From the NCBI GenBank assembly GCA_034716155.1, contig JAYEFR010000079.1:1444-65443 (forward strand): DNA of 64,000 bases, written 5' to 3'. A program made the position numbers and the translations under genes. Below the pieces are notes generated by a model. It was not told the origin of the DNA. It saw nothing but the letters and a program-made list of their open reading frames with translations, and made no database searches. Below, one piece after another: positions 52,015-61,789 of this stretch. Each line of letters opens with the position of its first letter. Within the stretch, counting starts at the first letter, position 1. The stretch is from Thermodesulfobacteriota bacterium. GTDB lineage: Bacteria > Desulfobacterota > Desulfomonilia > UBA1062.

Positions 52015-53571
52015 CTATCCTATGATATGGGCTATCTTCTTGTTCAGGGGCTTCATAACCTTATATGTTCGCTTATACACGTCATTGTACAGGTCATTGT
52101 ATATCCTTTGGCTGGATGGAACAGGCTCAAAGGTTTTACCCTTCTTTACCATGGACGACACAGCCTGCTCGAAAGAATCGAACATGCCTGTACCCACGGC
52201 TGCATCTATAGCTGCACCAAGAGCTGCTATCTCTGATGTGGCCATCCTCGAGGTGGGCAGGTTGAAGATATCAGCTGCTATCTGAACCGCCACATCACTC
52301 TTAGAACCCCCTCCCCCTACCCGTATCTCGTCTAGGGTTATTCCCGTCTTATTATGGACAACCTCTAAGAGACGGCGCAGTTCATAGCCTATTCCTTCTA
52401 ATATAGCCCTGTAGATATGTGCCCTGGTATGGACATCACCAAAGCCTATGACCGAGCCCTTGGCATATTTATCATAAATCATAGGTGACCAGTATGGCTG
52501 GAGCATCAGACCCATAGATCCTGGGGGGATGTCTTTTATCACCTCATCAAATACAGCTTCAGGGACAATCCCCCTTTTTTGAGCCTCCAAGGCCTCTCTA
52601 TGTCCAAATTCCTGCTTAAACCATGTGACCATCCAGAAACCCCTAAAGATAAACATCTCAATGTCCCAGGTATTAGGGAGTGCAGCGGGCCAGGTGAAAA
52701 ATTTCATGTTTTTCTCTGCAATATACTTCTTTGTAATCACCTCCATGCATGTAGCCGTCCCAAAGCTTATTACCCCGATGTTTGATTCTATGGCCCCTGC
52801 GCCTAAAAGCTCAGACTGCTTATCACCGGCACCTACCACCACAGGAAGCCCCTCGGGGAGCCCTGTCTGTGAAGATGCCTTTTTGGTGACATGCCCAAGC
52901 ACGGTATCAGGTGTATAGACGTCAACAAGGTGGTCCCGATCAAGGGCAAAGGCCTCATATGCCGGCTGCAAGGAATGCCATTTGAGTTTCTTATAATCAA
53001 GGGGCCACAGCCCAGTGACCATACCCACCGAGTCCTTGAACTCCCCTGTTAGCTTGTTTGCAAACCAGCCTGATATCTGCATGAATTTATAGGTGTTTTT
53101 ATATATGTCAGGCTCAAACCTCTTAATCCATAAGAACTTCGAATTCTTCCGCACATACTTAATGGCATCTGACATCCCTGCTACACCAAAGAGCACCTTG
53201 GCCACTAAACCAAGCGGGGGGGGGTCTACCACGGTACGCTGATCCAACCAGATAATAGCCGGCCGCAAAGGATTACCCTCCTTATCCACAGGGACAAACG
53301 TCCCCCGCTGCGTTGTAATCCCGATGCCTGTAATCTCCTCTGGATCAACCGCGATTTTAGACATGAGTCCATTTGTTACCTGGCAGAGCTTTGCCCAGTA
53401 GTCCTCCGGGTTTTGTTCGGCCCACCCCGGCTTCAAGGAAAAGTAGGGCTCATGAGAGGCCTGCTCTATTGCCAGTTCGTTCCCATCTCTGTCAAACAGG
53501 ACCGCCCTTACACTTTGTGTCCCGGAATCTATCGCAATTACATAATTTTTTTCTCCCATAGCCTCCTCCAT
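52015..53571 (-). CDS. FGGY family carbohydrate kinase (glycerol kinase / xylulokinase-like)
   Basis: IAIDSGTQSVRAVLFD, GWAEQNPEDYW, C-terminal GGG..S motif. Confidence 0.8.
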   Translation of the reverse strand: MEEAMGEKNYVIAIDSGTQSVRAVLFDRDGNELAIEQASHEPYFSLKPGWAEQNPEDYWAKLCQVTNGLMSKIAVDPEEITGIGITTQRGTFVPVDKEGNPLRPAIIWLDQRTVVDPPPLGLVAKVLFGVAGMSDAIKYVRKNSKFLWIKRFEPDIYKNTYKFMQISGWFANKLTGEFKDSVGMVTGLWPLDYKKLKWHSLQPAYEAFALDRDHLVDVYTPDTVLGHVTKKASSQTGLPEGLPVVVGAGDKQSELLGAGAIESNIGVISFGTATCMEVITKKYIAEKNMKFFTWPAALPNTWDIEMFIFRGFWMVTWFKQEFGHREALEAQKRGIVPEAVFDEVIKDIPPGSMGLMLQPYWSPMIYDKYAKGSVIGFGDVHTRAHIYRAILEGIGYELRRLLEVVHNKTGITLDEIRVGGGGSKSDVAVQIAADIFNLPTSRMATSEIAALGAAIDAAVGTGMFDSFEQAVSSMVKKGKTFEPVPSSQRIYNDLYNDVYKRTYKVMKPLNKKIAHIIG

Positions 53572-53605
53572 ATATAATCCAAAGATATTTTATTGTTCTC
53601 ATCAT

Positions 53606-54979
53606 CTAGCATTCAGGCTCCCATGTGCTGTCATGAGAGCGATAATAATCAAAGAATCTCTTCTTATGTTCCTCAGCCTTTTTGATCAGGGCTTCCTCAT
53701 CCAGATACCCCATCTGTATGAGAATCTCTTCGATCTTGACCAATGCCTGCTCATACGGCGGGCACCCTCCAAGAAACCGGTCTATCCCACCAAGCTGCAT
53801 CTCATTTCTTATCTCCCTTAGATCCCCTCCAGTTGAAAGGGCGCATTCCCCCAGAAAAAAGGTGTGCTCAATGTCGGTAGATAACTTCGGAGGAATCTTT
53901 GGGTCTACGCCAACGATCAGGGAAAACCTCTGAGGCACCTTTGCCAATGTGGCTTCTACAATAGCGGTCATTAGCCAGCATGTAGGGCAAGCCCCGCCGA
54001 TATAGAGATCGATATTCGGGTACACACCGGTGACAATACTCTCGATGGGCTGGGTAAAGTTGATAGGGAGTTCAAACTTCTTCCTTACCTCAGAGACGGT
54101 ATTCCCAACCACCTCAATTAAGAAGGGATTTGCAACACCAAGCCCATCATGATTTGCTATCCGTGTAGTGCCCACGACCATGGGATTATCTATACCCATG
54201 CACATGGAGGCTATGGCATCAACGGCTACAGGGTTATCACCTGCCATGATCACCCCCATCTCCACAGGATTACCACCCTCACCTGCACCCATTCCTTCCA
54301 TACCGATAAGCCCGTCAAGTATTACAAGGTCTGGTTTTCTGATCTTGTTGATATCCACCATGTGCTGATCCAGATCATCTCTGTGGGAGAAATACCTTCC
54401 CTTTTCATCCAGGAGCCCCTGTAGATTCTTGATGGAAAGCGTCACCATAGTCATAGTATGAGTCTTCATAGCCGGAATGTTTATAAAATAGTCTGCATCA
54501 AGGACAACCTTTGGGTAGTTCACTCTGTGAAGTGCCTTCCCCCCCTTGATATCAACAACCACCTTTTCCGCATCTTCTACACCAATCACTTCGCCACCAG
54601 CATCTTCTACAGCCCTTTTTACCCCGATCATCCTCATTACCTCAATAGTGCTAAACCCCCTGGCCATCCCACGGGTCGATCGTGCTGGGTTCACCCTCTT
54701 CATCAGTGTGCCCACACTCACACCCTCAATTACAGTAACTCTTGTCGCTCCAGCCCGCCTTGCAAGCCTTACCACAGAGGCAATTACCCTCCTGTCCACT
54801 GAAATTGGTGGAGGATAGGGGGCAAAGAGATTTGGCTTTATAACCACATGATCTCCCTTTCTTATCCTCTTAGATAGCCCTCCTATAAGATCTACAGAGC
54901 TTTTTACCATTGCCTCTATATCAGATGCATTAAGGGGGAATTGCCCCTTAACAATCGCTACCGCCACCTTTCCGCCCAT
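53606..54979 (-). CDS. DUF362 domain protein with Cys-containing C-terminal extension
   Basis: DUF362-like VVIKPNL..., AMKTH, LSIKNLQG, IMAGDNPVAVDAIA motifs. Extra ~150 aa with CPTC, GECA, GGCPP. Confidence 0.6.
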   Translation of the reverse strand: MGGKVAVAIVKGQFPLNASDIEAMVKSSVDLIGGLSKRIRKGDHVVIKPNLFAPYPPPISVDRRVIASVVRLARRAGATRVTVIEGVSVGTLMKRVNPARSTRGMARGFSTIEVMRMIGVKRAVEDAGGEVIGVEDAEKVVVDIKGGKALHRVNYPKVVLDADYFINIPAMKTHTMTMVTLSIKNLQGLLDEKGRYFSHRDDLDQHMVDINKIRKPDLVILDGLIGMEGMGAGEGGNPVEMGVIMAGDNPVAVDAIASMCMGIDNPMVVGTTRIANHDGLGVANPFLIEVVGNTVSEVRKKFELPINFTQPIESIVTGVYPNIDLYIGGACPTCWLMTAIVEATLAKVPQRFSLIVGVDPKIPPKLSTDIEHTFFLGECALSTGGDLREIRNEMQLGGIDRFLGGCPPYEQALVKIEEILIQMGYLDEEALIKKAEEHKKRFFDYYRSHDSTWEPEC

Positions 54980-54991
54980 ACGCTTCTCCTT

Positions 54992-56695
54992 CTAGCTGGC
55001 CTTAAAGGCCTTTCTCTTTTCGCCTGTAAAATCAAGCCCAAGCGTGCCTCCCGGATTCATGATGTTATTCGGGTCAAGGTGAGTCTTTATAGCCCTCAAC
55101 AATCCCATGCTTGTCTCGCCCATATACTCTTCGTACCAGGGTGCCATCATCCTCCCTATTCCATGGTGGTGGGATAACCCACCACCATGGTGCTTAATAG
55201 CATTGATAATTGAAGTATGGTATTCCACAAAGTCATCGATCTCATCGCCTGGCTTTATCCGAGAGATAAATATAAAGTAGAGATTTGACCCGTTTTCATA
55301 GGAATGAGATGCATGCACCATACATACGGAATTCGGTCTTGCCTTTACCACCTTTCTCACCTCAGCCCGCAATCTCGGGATGTCCTCCCAGGTACATGCA
55401 GTCTCCAAGGTATCTGTCATGACCTTCATGTCCATCAGCTCTTCCCTTAAGTATGGGTCATTGTAGCGATGCTTATGCCACGCCTTTACTGCAATGGAAC
55501 CAAGCGATAGACCCCCATGCCTCCTGGCAATAACCTTTGCCTTTTTCTTGATCAGACGTCCCGCATCCTTATCCCCCTCAGTAGATCCCAGCATGAGACA
55601 TCTCTTCCCATCTTTATAGCCCAGCATTTTAAGCCCCTTGTCTATGGGAGTAGCACTTATCCCCTCAGTAACAAAGGCGATTGATGTCTCTTCAGGGTCG
55701 GAAATGCGAAACATGTGCGGAAGGCCAAACCCACCCTGCATGATCTCACGCATGGAGGTGACACACTCTTCCCAGTCCTTAAACAAAAAAGAAAAGTATA
55801 CCCGGTTTTCCGGCTGAAACTTCCATATCTTGAGCGTAGCCTCGGTAAGGACACCCAGGGTTCCTTCACTGCCCATGACTAAGTGACGCAAATCCGGCCC
55901 TGTGGCAGCCCTGGGAAAATCCTTTGTAACAATAAGACCCTTAGGAGTGACAAATCTCAGCCCCAAAACCATATCTTCTATCTTTCCATAGCCTGTGGAA
56001 AGACCGCCTGCCCCCCGGGTAACCACCCATCCCCCAACAGTGGAATACTCAAAGGACTGGGGGAAATGCCCGTTGGTATAACCGCCAGGAGAAAGAGGTG
56101 TCTTGTAATTATTGAGGTAGTCTTCATAGGCAGGGCCAAATATCCCTGGCTCCACTGTGACGCTTAAATTTATCTCATTTACCTCCTTTATTCGATTCAT
56201 GTGTCTGGTAAGATCAAGACTTACCCCGCCTTTTACAGGCTCAAGGCCTCTGGTCACGCTCGATCTCCCACCAAATGGGATGAGGGGAATCTTTTTTTCA
56301 TTGCAGAACTTGACCACTGCTATCACATCTGCTTCATCCCTTGGATATACCACTACATCAACTAAGGGTTCTACGTCTTCCAATCTCAACTTGACTATAT
56401 CAAGGTAGGTAAACCCAACGCTGTGTCTTACCCTCTCGTAATCTGAGGCCTCCACATTCTCCTCACCCAGGATCCCCTTCAATGCTGAGATATCGCTTTC
56501 TGAAAGGGCTGACTTCCTGTCAATCCCGACCTTATCCAAACCAGGCAAATGGGGGGTTTTTAAGTCCTCTTTTGTTACCCCCATATTCTCCTTCAAATAT
56601 TTTATCATCCGCTTCTTTGGTTCCACAAAATGTTTGGGGTCTCCCCATTTCAATATGGAGCGATATGAGTCTCCATCAAATTTTTTTACTGACAT
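54992..56695 (-). CDS. FAD-linked oxidase (PCMH-type FAD-binding; alkyl-DHAP synthase / D-lactate dehydrogenase-like)
   Basis: 567 aa. VVYPRDEADVIAVVKFCNEKKIPLIPFGGRSS FAD-binding region, preceded by a ~100-aa N-terminal extension typical of the alkyl-DHAP synthase branch. Confidence 0.75.
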   Translation of the reverse strand: MSVKKFDGDSYRSILKWGDPKHFVEPKKRMIKYLKENMGVTKEDLKTPHLPGLDKVGIDRKSALSESDISALKGILGEENVEASDYERVRHSVGFTYLDIVKLRLEDVEPLVDVVVYPRDEADVIAVVKFCNEKKIPLIPFGGRSSVTRGLEPVKGGVSLDLTRHMNRIKEVNEINLSVTVEPGIFGPAYEDYLNNYKTPLSPGGYTNGHFPQSFEYSTVGGWVVTRGAGGLSTGYGKIEDMVLGLRFVTPKGLIVTKDFPRAATGPDLRHLVMGSEGTLGVLTEATLKIWKFQPENRVYFSFLFKDWEECVTSMREIMQGGFGLPHMFRISDPEETSIAFVTEGISATPIDKGLKMLGYKDGKRCLMLGSTEGDKDAGRLIKKKAKVIARRHGGLSLGSIAVKAWHKHRYNDPYLREELMDMKVMTDTLETACTWEDIPRLRAEVRKVVKARPNSVCMVHASHSYENGSNLYFIFISRIKPGDEIDDFVEYHTSIINAIKHHGGGLSHHHGIGRMMAPWYEEYMGETSMGLLRAIKTHLDPNNIMNPGGTLGLDFTGEKRKAFKAS

Positions 56696-57510
56696 ATTTT
56701 ACTCCTTTTATTAATATTTCTTCTCTTAAGAATTATACTTGCCATCTCAGCAAAACCAAGACTGCCACTACCTAATGTAATGTATTTGGGTAAAAATTCC
56801 ATCTTTGTGATAAATCTTTTTATATTAGCCACCCCCACAGATAGAGAAAAGGCTTCAAACATAGGCTCATCATTAGGTGAATCACCAATAAAGAGAAATT
56901 TTTCTTCTGCCTCTTTTTCATCCATACTTAGTCTCTCCTTTATAAAGAGTCTGGTCATAGTAAGCTTGTCATAGTCTCCGAACCACCCATTTACGTGTAT
57001 AGAACTTATCTTATATCTGGCTCCGTGCTCAGAAAAGATATTGCATATCACCTCTATCTCCCCATTAGTTAAGGGGACGACATCTTCAGAGAAATCAATG
57101 GCAAGATCAAACAGGCGATAGGGCTGATCCGTGGCCACACGCGCCCTTGGAACCTCTGTTAGTATCTCCTTCTTAATTGCTTCAATCTCTTTTTTTTTCT
57201 TTACAATCTCCTCAGGGGGGGAAAAGTATCGATGTAAAAGCCTCCCCTCTTGTTCATTATAGTAGAAATAAAAGGCCCCGTTTTCCCCGATGATACCATC
57301 CACAGGCCACATACGGGCAATATGATCACACCAGCCTGCAGGACGCCCTGTAATAGGGACGGTGAAAAGACCTGCCTTATGAAGGGCCCAGAGGGCTGAA
57401 TAGGCATCTTTTAAAATCTTTCCCTTAAAGGTAACTGTATCGTCAATATCGAAAAATACCCCTCTTACTTTCCGGCATTCTGAAATAGAGATTTCAGAGA
57501 TCAGCTTCAT
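56686..57510 (-). CDS. HAD-IIB (Cof-like) phosphatase
   Basis: DIDDTVT (DxDxT) and GDSPNDEPMF (GDxxND). Start set at MKLISE after AGGAGGG; the track start lies 23 codons upstream. Confidence 0.75.
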   Translation of the reverse strand: MKLISEISISECRKVRGVFFDIDDTVTFKGKILKDAYSALWALHKAGLFTVPITGRPAGWCDHIARMWPVDGIIGENGAFYFYYNEQEGRLLHRYFSPPEEIVKKKKEIEAIKKEILTEVPRARVATDQPYRLFDLAIDFSEDVVPLTNGEIEVICNIFSEHGARYKISSIHVNGWFGDYDKLTMTRLFIKERLSMDEKEAEEKFLFIGDSPNDEPMFEAFSLSVGVANIKRFITKMEFLPKYITLGSGSLGFAEMASIILKRRNINKRSKICQ

Positions 57511-57644
57511 CTTCCCTCCTAACTCTGCCTGTCTCTTGGAATATTTCTCATTATTATAGCTGATCACAAAAAAAGGCAAGCACCATCATTCTTTATAAAC
57601 GATCATACAACCCGTCATGCCTGCTTAAACAGGCACAACCAAAG

Positions 57645-57700
57645 ATGAAAATAGTGAATAGACTTGTCACTTCGCAGTGAATCCTGCGTAATCCCGAACC
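57645..57700 (+). repeat. Repeat-family fragment (GATGAAAATAGTGAATAGACTTGTCAC...)
   Basis: Shares the ATGAAAATAG end and the AGTGAATAGAC motif with 39225-39238. Lies in the 166-nt larE/HAD spacer. Confidence 0.5.
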
Positions 57701-57746
57701 ACAGTAATGGTAGGTTATCTGCTTTTTCGAATCTGAGAAAAAGGCT

Positions 57747-58544
57747 CTAGCGTTTGGTTTGCACCAGCCTGTTCATCTTGCCGCTTTCAAACCCCTCCAA
57801 GTCCAGGGAAACAAACAAGAATCCAATACCTCTTAACTCAGAGAGGATCTCATCTTTTTTTCTAATGGCCCCCTTTAGATCTTCAACCTCAACCAAGGCA
57901 GTATCATATGGAAAGCACCTTACCCTCACCCATTTAAAACCCAGTTCCTTCAAAAATGCCTCTGCCCTCTCCACCCTTCTAATCAGCCCTTTATTTAAGC
58001 CGAATCCATAAGGGAACCTGGAGCACAGACAGACCGTGGCCGGCTTATCCCATGCTGGCAGGTCTAGTGCCGAAGAATATTTCCTTATATCCTCCTTTGT
58101 CACCTTGAATTCTATAAACGGGTGCCAGATTCCGTCTTCATCTGAGGCCTTAAGCCCAGGCCTGTAATCATCAAAGTCAGAATAGTTCATACCATCTGCT
58201 ATTACATCAAATCCATTCCCCTTTGCCCAGCTTGTAACTGTTTTATCCCTTATTTTCCTGCAGATATAGCACCTGTCTGGCGGGTTATTTACAAACTCTT
58301 TATTCCCCAGCTCATTAATATCTATAATCTCCTGGCCAATCCCTATCTTCTCAGCCAATTGTTTGGCATCTTTTATATCAGCGCGCTGTACTATTGGAGA
58401 ATCTATCGTAACGCCAACAGCATCCTCCCCTAAGGCATCATAGGCCAACCTCGCAAGGAGCGTGCTATCAAGCCCTCCGGAAAACATCACTAATAACCTT
58501 TTTTTATCCTTGATCGCTCTTTTTATCCTGCTTAGCCTCTCCAC
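57747..58544 (-). CDS. larE: LarE, ATP-dependent sulfur transferase of nickel-pincer nucleotide (NPN) cofactor biosynthesis
   Basis: PP-loop SGGLDS, NPPDRCYICRK, DYRPG, WDKPATVCLCSR, VRVRCF motifs. Confidence 0.8.
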   Translation of the reverse strand: MERLSRIKRAIKDKKRLLVMFSGGLDSTLLARLAYDALGEDAVGVTIDSPIVQRADIKDAKQLAEKIGIGQEIIDINELGNKEFVNNPPDRCYICRKIRDKTVTSWAKGNGFDVIADGMNYSDFDDYRPGLKASDEDGIWHPFIEFKVTKEDIRKYSSALDLPAWDKPATVCLCSRFPYGFGLNKGLIRRVERAEAFLKELGFKWVRVRCFPYDTALVEVEDLKGAIRKKDEILSELRGIGFLFVSLDLEGFESGKMNRLVQTKR

Positions 58545-59295
58545 CCATACCTCTTTCTATTGCACGAAGCACTCTGACAGCCCCGGCTGCGGCTCCAACT
58601 GTATTACCTATATTCACCACCAAAACCCCGGGGACGCAGGTCTGCAGCATGGTAGTAAGCGCACCCTTGCCCTCTCCGCCAAATCCATACCCTATTGGCG
58701 TTGGCACAGCTATCACTGGCAGATCCGTCATCGATGCTATCAGGGTTGGAAGTACGCCTTCCATTCCTGCAAATACGATCAGCACATCAGAGTCTTTCAC
58801 CTTTTTCAGGCTCAGGTGAGGCCTGTGTACCCCGGATGCACCAGTATCATAAGAATTGATAACCTCTGCCCCAAGTTCCTTCAAGATCAGTGAGCACTCT
58901 TTAGCATATGGTATGTCTGATGTCCCAGCAGTGATGACCCCAACAGTGCCAAGGCCTTCTTGCATATGATCTCTTTTCTTGATTACTATGACTCTTCCAG
59001 CCTTTTCCACCTTTAAACCTGAAAATGCCTCCTCTAATTTATTCCCCCCTTCATGATCGATGTTTGAGATAAATACAATATCGTTTTTCTCCAGGACCTT
59101 CTCAGTGATCACCAGCAGGTGTTCTATTGTCTTTCCCTGGGCGAAGATCACCTCTGGAAACCCAATGCGGTTACCCCTGTGCAGGTCTAATAGAAAATCC
59201 TCGCCTTCTTCATAGAATAGTCTTAAAATTCTTTCTTCTGCCTCTTGCCCGCTCAATCTCCCCCTTTTATATAATTCAAGGGTTTCTTTAAGCAT
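58504..59295 (-). CDS. larB: LarB, nicotinate-adenine-dinucleotide carboxylase/hydrolase (pyridinium-3,5-biscarboxylic acid mononucleotide synthase; PurE-like)
   Basis: DLHRGNRIGFPEVIFAQGKT N-terminal motif. PurE-like VGVITAGTSDIPYA. Confidence 0.8.
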   Translation of the reverse strand: MLKETLELYKRGRLSGQEAEERILRLFYEEGEDFLLDLHRGNRIGFPEVIFAQGKTIEHLLVITEKVLEKNDIVFISNIDHEGGNKLEEAFSGLKVEKAGRVIVIKKRDHMQEGLGTVGVITAGTSDIPYAKECSLILKELGAEVINSYDTGASGVHRPHLSLKKVKDSDVLIVFAGMEGVLPTLIASMTDLPVIAVPTPIGYGFGGEGKGALTTMLQTCVPGVLVVNIGNTVGAAAGAVRVLRAIERGMGGEAKQDKKSDQG

Positions 59296-59314
59296 CTTCT
59301 TTCCCCCATGCCTT

Positions 59315-60487
59315 TTAATCCTTAATCCGGCCTCTTATCACCTTATCAAGGTCTGCCCTCACCTGAGCAACAGATATGTCTTCCTCGACTGAAATCCTAT
59401 ACATATCCCTGTATTCAGGCTTATACCTCTTCACCCCATCAGGAGCGATCACCTCTTTTACCTTCACGTCACCATATCTGGTATGGATTGTGTACTCTTT
59501 TCTTGGAAGAACTCTTCTCTCAACCAGATAATATCTGGCCCCAATAGAGGTTGAATGTGTCAAGAGGATAGTCAATATATCCTGGAGATCTTTTGATGAT
59601 GAGATGGCCTTTATCCCAACCCCTGGCCTTCCCCTCTTCATAATCCTTGAAGTAAGACTCACATCTAAGGCCCCTACCTCAAAGAGTCTTTGTGTCACAG
59701 CCTCCCATTCTTCAGGTGACATATCATCAACATCTGCCTCCGTCACATATACCTGATCTTTGCCCTCATCCGGCACCTCGCACAGGATCGATCTAAACAG
59801 ATTAGGCCATCCCTGATATTGTCTGTCACCGCATCCATACCCCACGCCTGTAATGACCATATCTGAAGGCGGGTCTTTTACCTCTGAAATGGCCTTCAGC
59901 ACAGCAGCCCCTGTTGGGGTTACAAGCTCTGCTTCTATGCCGGTAACCCTAATCTTTATCCCAGCCAATAACTTGACAGTTGCTGGTGCAGGCACAGGAA
60001 TAATCCCATGCATGGAGTCTGTAGTCCCATACCCTACAGGAACAGGCCTGGTGTAGGCTTCATCCACATCAAGCCACTCAAGAGCGGCGGATATCCCTAC
60101 GATATCAAGGATCGAGTCCACTGCACCTACCTCATGAAAATGCACATCATCTGGGTCTATCCCATGAACATCGGACTCTGCCAAAGCTATAAGATCAAAT
60201 ATTCTCAAGGCCTTTTGCTTTATACCTTGAGGGATTGTAGATTGAGAAATAATCTCTTTTATCTGAGAATATCTCCTGACTTCATCTGTCCTTTCCACAT
60301 CAAATTTCAGATCCAGAGATTCTATTCCATTTACCTTCTTAAGAGATGTCTTTATATTGTACCCTCCAAGGTCAAGGCCATCAAGAATACCTTGCAGATA
60401 CTCGATAGGACATCCAAGGTGGATAAGACTTCCTAATATCATGTCGCCACTTGCCCCGCCAATAGGGTCAAATATCAAAACCTTCAT
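59315..60487 (-). CDS. larC: LarC, CTP-dependent nickel insertase (DUF111)
   Basis: MKVLIFDPIGGASGDMILGSL DUF111 N-terminus. 390 aa. Confidence 0.8.
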   Translation of the reverse strand: MKVLIFDPIGGASGDMILGSLIHLGCPIEYLQGILDGLDLGGYNIKTSLKKVNGIESLDLKFDVERTDEVRRYSQIKEIISQSTIPQGIKQKALRIFDLIALAESDVHGIDPDDVHFHEVGAVDSILDIVGISAALEWLDVDEAYTRPVPVGYGTTDSMHGIIPVPAPATVKLLAGIKIRVTGIEAELVTPTGAAVLKAISEVKDPPSDMVITGVGYGCGDRQYQGWPNLFRSILCEVPDEGKDQVYVTEADVDDMSPEEWEAVTQRLFEVGALDVSLTSRIMKRGRPGVGIKAISSSKDLQDILTILLTHSTSIGARYYLVERRVLPRKEYTIHTRYGDVKVKEVIAPDGVKRYKPEYRDMYRISVEEDISVAQVRADLDKVIRGRIKD

Positions 60488-60616
60488 CCCTACCTCCCTG
60501 AATTATGCAATCTTACATAGATCTATTTAAATATCAAAACCAATCTGACAATAGTCATGTCTATTACAGGAAAAGGGGTTGCATATAAACCCGCATGTCC
60601 TTTTGAACGCAACCAA

Positions 60617-60692
60617 GGATGAAAACATGCCCGTGATGAAAAAATAGCCATCCCTGAAAACCGGCCCCCAGTCCCTGACAACTATTTTCATA
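60617..60692 (-). repeat. Short MITE-like copy F (terminal inverted repeats ATGAAAATAG / CATGTTTTCATCC)
   Basis: The reverse complement reads TATGAAAATAGTTGTCAGGGACTGGGGGCCGG...CATGTTTTCATCC. In the larC/livH divergent spacer. Confidence 0.55.
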
Positions 60693-60913
60693 TAATCCTG
60701 CATGGCCGCGGGGCAAAAAGGTGTACCTTCTTTTAAATTTGACTTATCGCTTGCTAAAAATAACTATTGCCTTAAGCCAAAAACCCTGTTATAAATTGCA
60801 GATACTGGAATGAAATGGATTTATTATAATAATCTTTTTATAGCTTGGTATTTGGCTAAATCTTAAAGAAGTATCTTTAGAAAAAGGCTCGCTGTGCTGA
60901 ATAGGATGGTCTA

Positions 60914-61789
60914 ATGTGGAGTTACATTCAACTCATCCTTATCTATACCTTTATCCTGGGATCCATTTATCTACTGGTCTCTTTGGGTTTCTCCATCATC
61001 TGCGGGGTGTTGAGAATCTTTCATCTGGGCTATGCCTATATCTTCCCCCTAACGATTTACGGGACATGGATGTTCATGCAGGAGTTAGGATGGGGTTTGA
61101 TCCCTGCTATTTTAGGCATGGTAGTAATCCAGTTTATCATCTCCTATCTCATCTATAAGGGGATGATCAAGAGGTACTTAGAAAAAGAGGAGATCCTGCT
61201 TACAGCCCTGCTACTGGTATCTCTCATCGTGGAGCAGGCCGCCAACTACCGGTATCCGATCCAGGCAGGTGTATACCTTAAAACCTCCCTGATTGAAGGA
61301 ACCACACAGATAGGTGTAGTTGTTATCCCCACCCAACTTGTGATTGGGGCATTTATTGCCCTTATCCTCACTGCTCTCTTTGTCCTTTTCTTCATTAAAA
61401 CAAAGACCGGACTGGCGGTAAGGGCTCTCTCTCAGGACATCTACAGCTCCAAGATCATTGGAATAAATGTTGAGACCCTCTATATCTTTACTATGATGAT
61501 TGTCCTGGTACCGGTTATCATCTCTATGCTCGTTGTGGCCCCTGTCTGGGCAGTGGAGCCAGGCATGGGCTGGCTTTATATGACCATCGCCATTCTGGTC
61601 TCGGTTCTCGGCGGGTTAGGCAACATTAAGGGCACCATCATTGCCAGCTTTCTCATTGGATTAACACATGCCATCATGTGCTTTGTTGTAGGAGAACCGC
61701 GTTTCATGAATCTATCGGCCCTGGTTTTGGTTATGATCATCCTGATAATAAGGCCGCAGGGGATAGCAAGGAGTGAGGCATTATGGTAG
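60914..61789 (+). CDS. livH: Branched-chain amino acid ABC transporter permease (LivH-like)
   Basis: 8-TM protein, N-terminal LILIYTFILGSIYLLVSLGFSI. Confidence 0.8.
   Translation: MWSYIQLILIYTFILGSIYLLVSLGFSIICGVLRIFHLGYAYIFPLTIYGTWMFMQELGWGLIPAILGMVVIQFIISYLIYKGMIKRYLEKEEILLTALLLVSLIVEQAANYRYPIQAGVYLKTSLIEGTTQIGVVVIPTQLVIGAFIALILTALFVLFFIKTKTGLAVRALSQDIYSSKIIGINVETLYIFTMMIVLVPVIISMLVVAPVWAVEPGMGWLYMTIAILVSVLGGLGNIKGTIIASFLIGLTHAIMCFVVGEPRFMNLSALVLVMIILIIRPQGIARSEALW

Noticed and set aside
53606-60913. Search for a LarA (DUF2088) lactate racemase gene in or next to the lar cluster.
   Set aside because: No ORF in this span or its flanks carries LarA-like motifs. Its absence is itself reported as a finding rather than an annotation.
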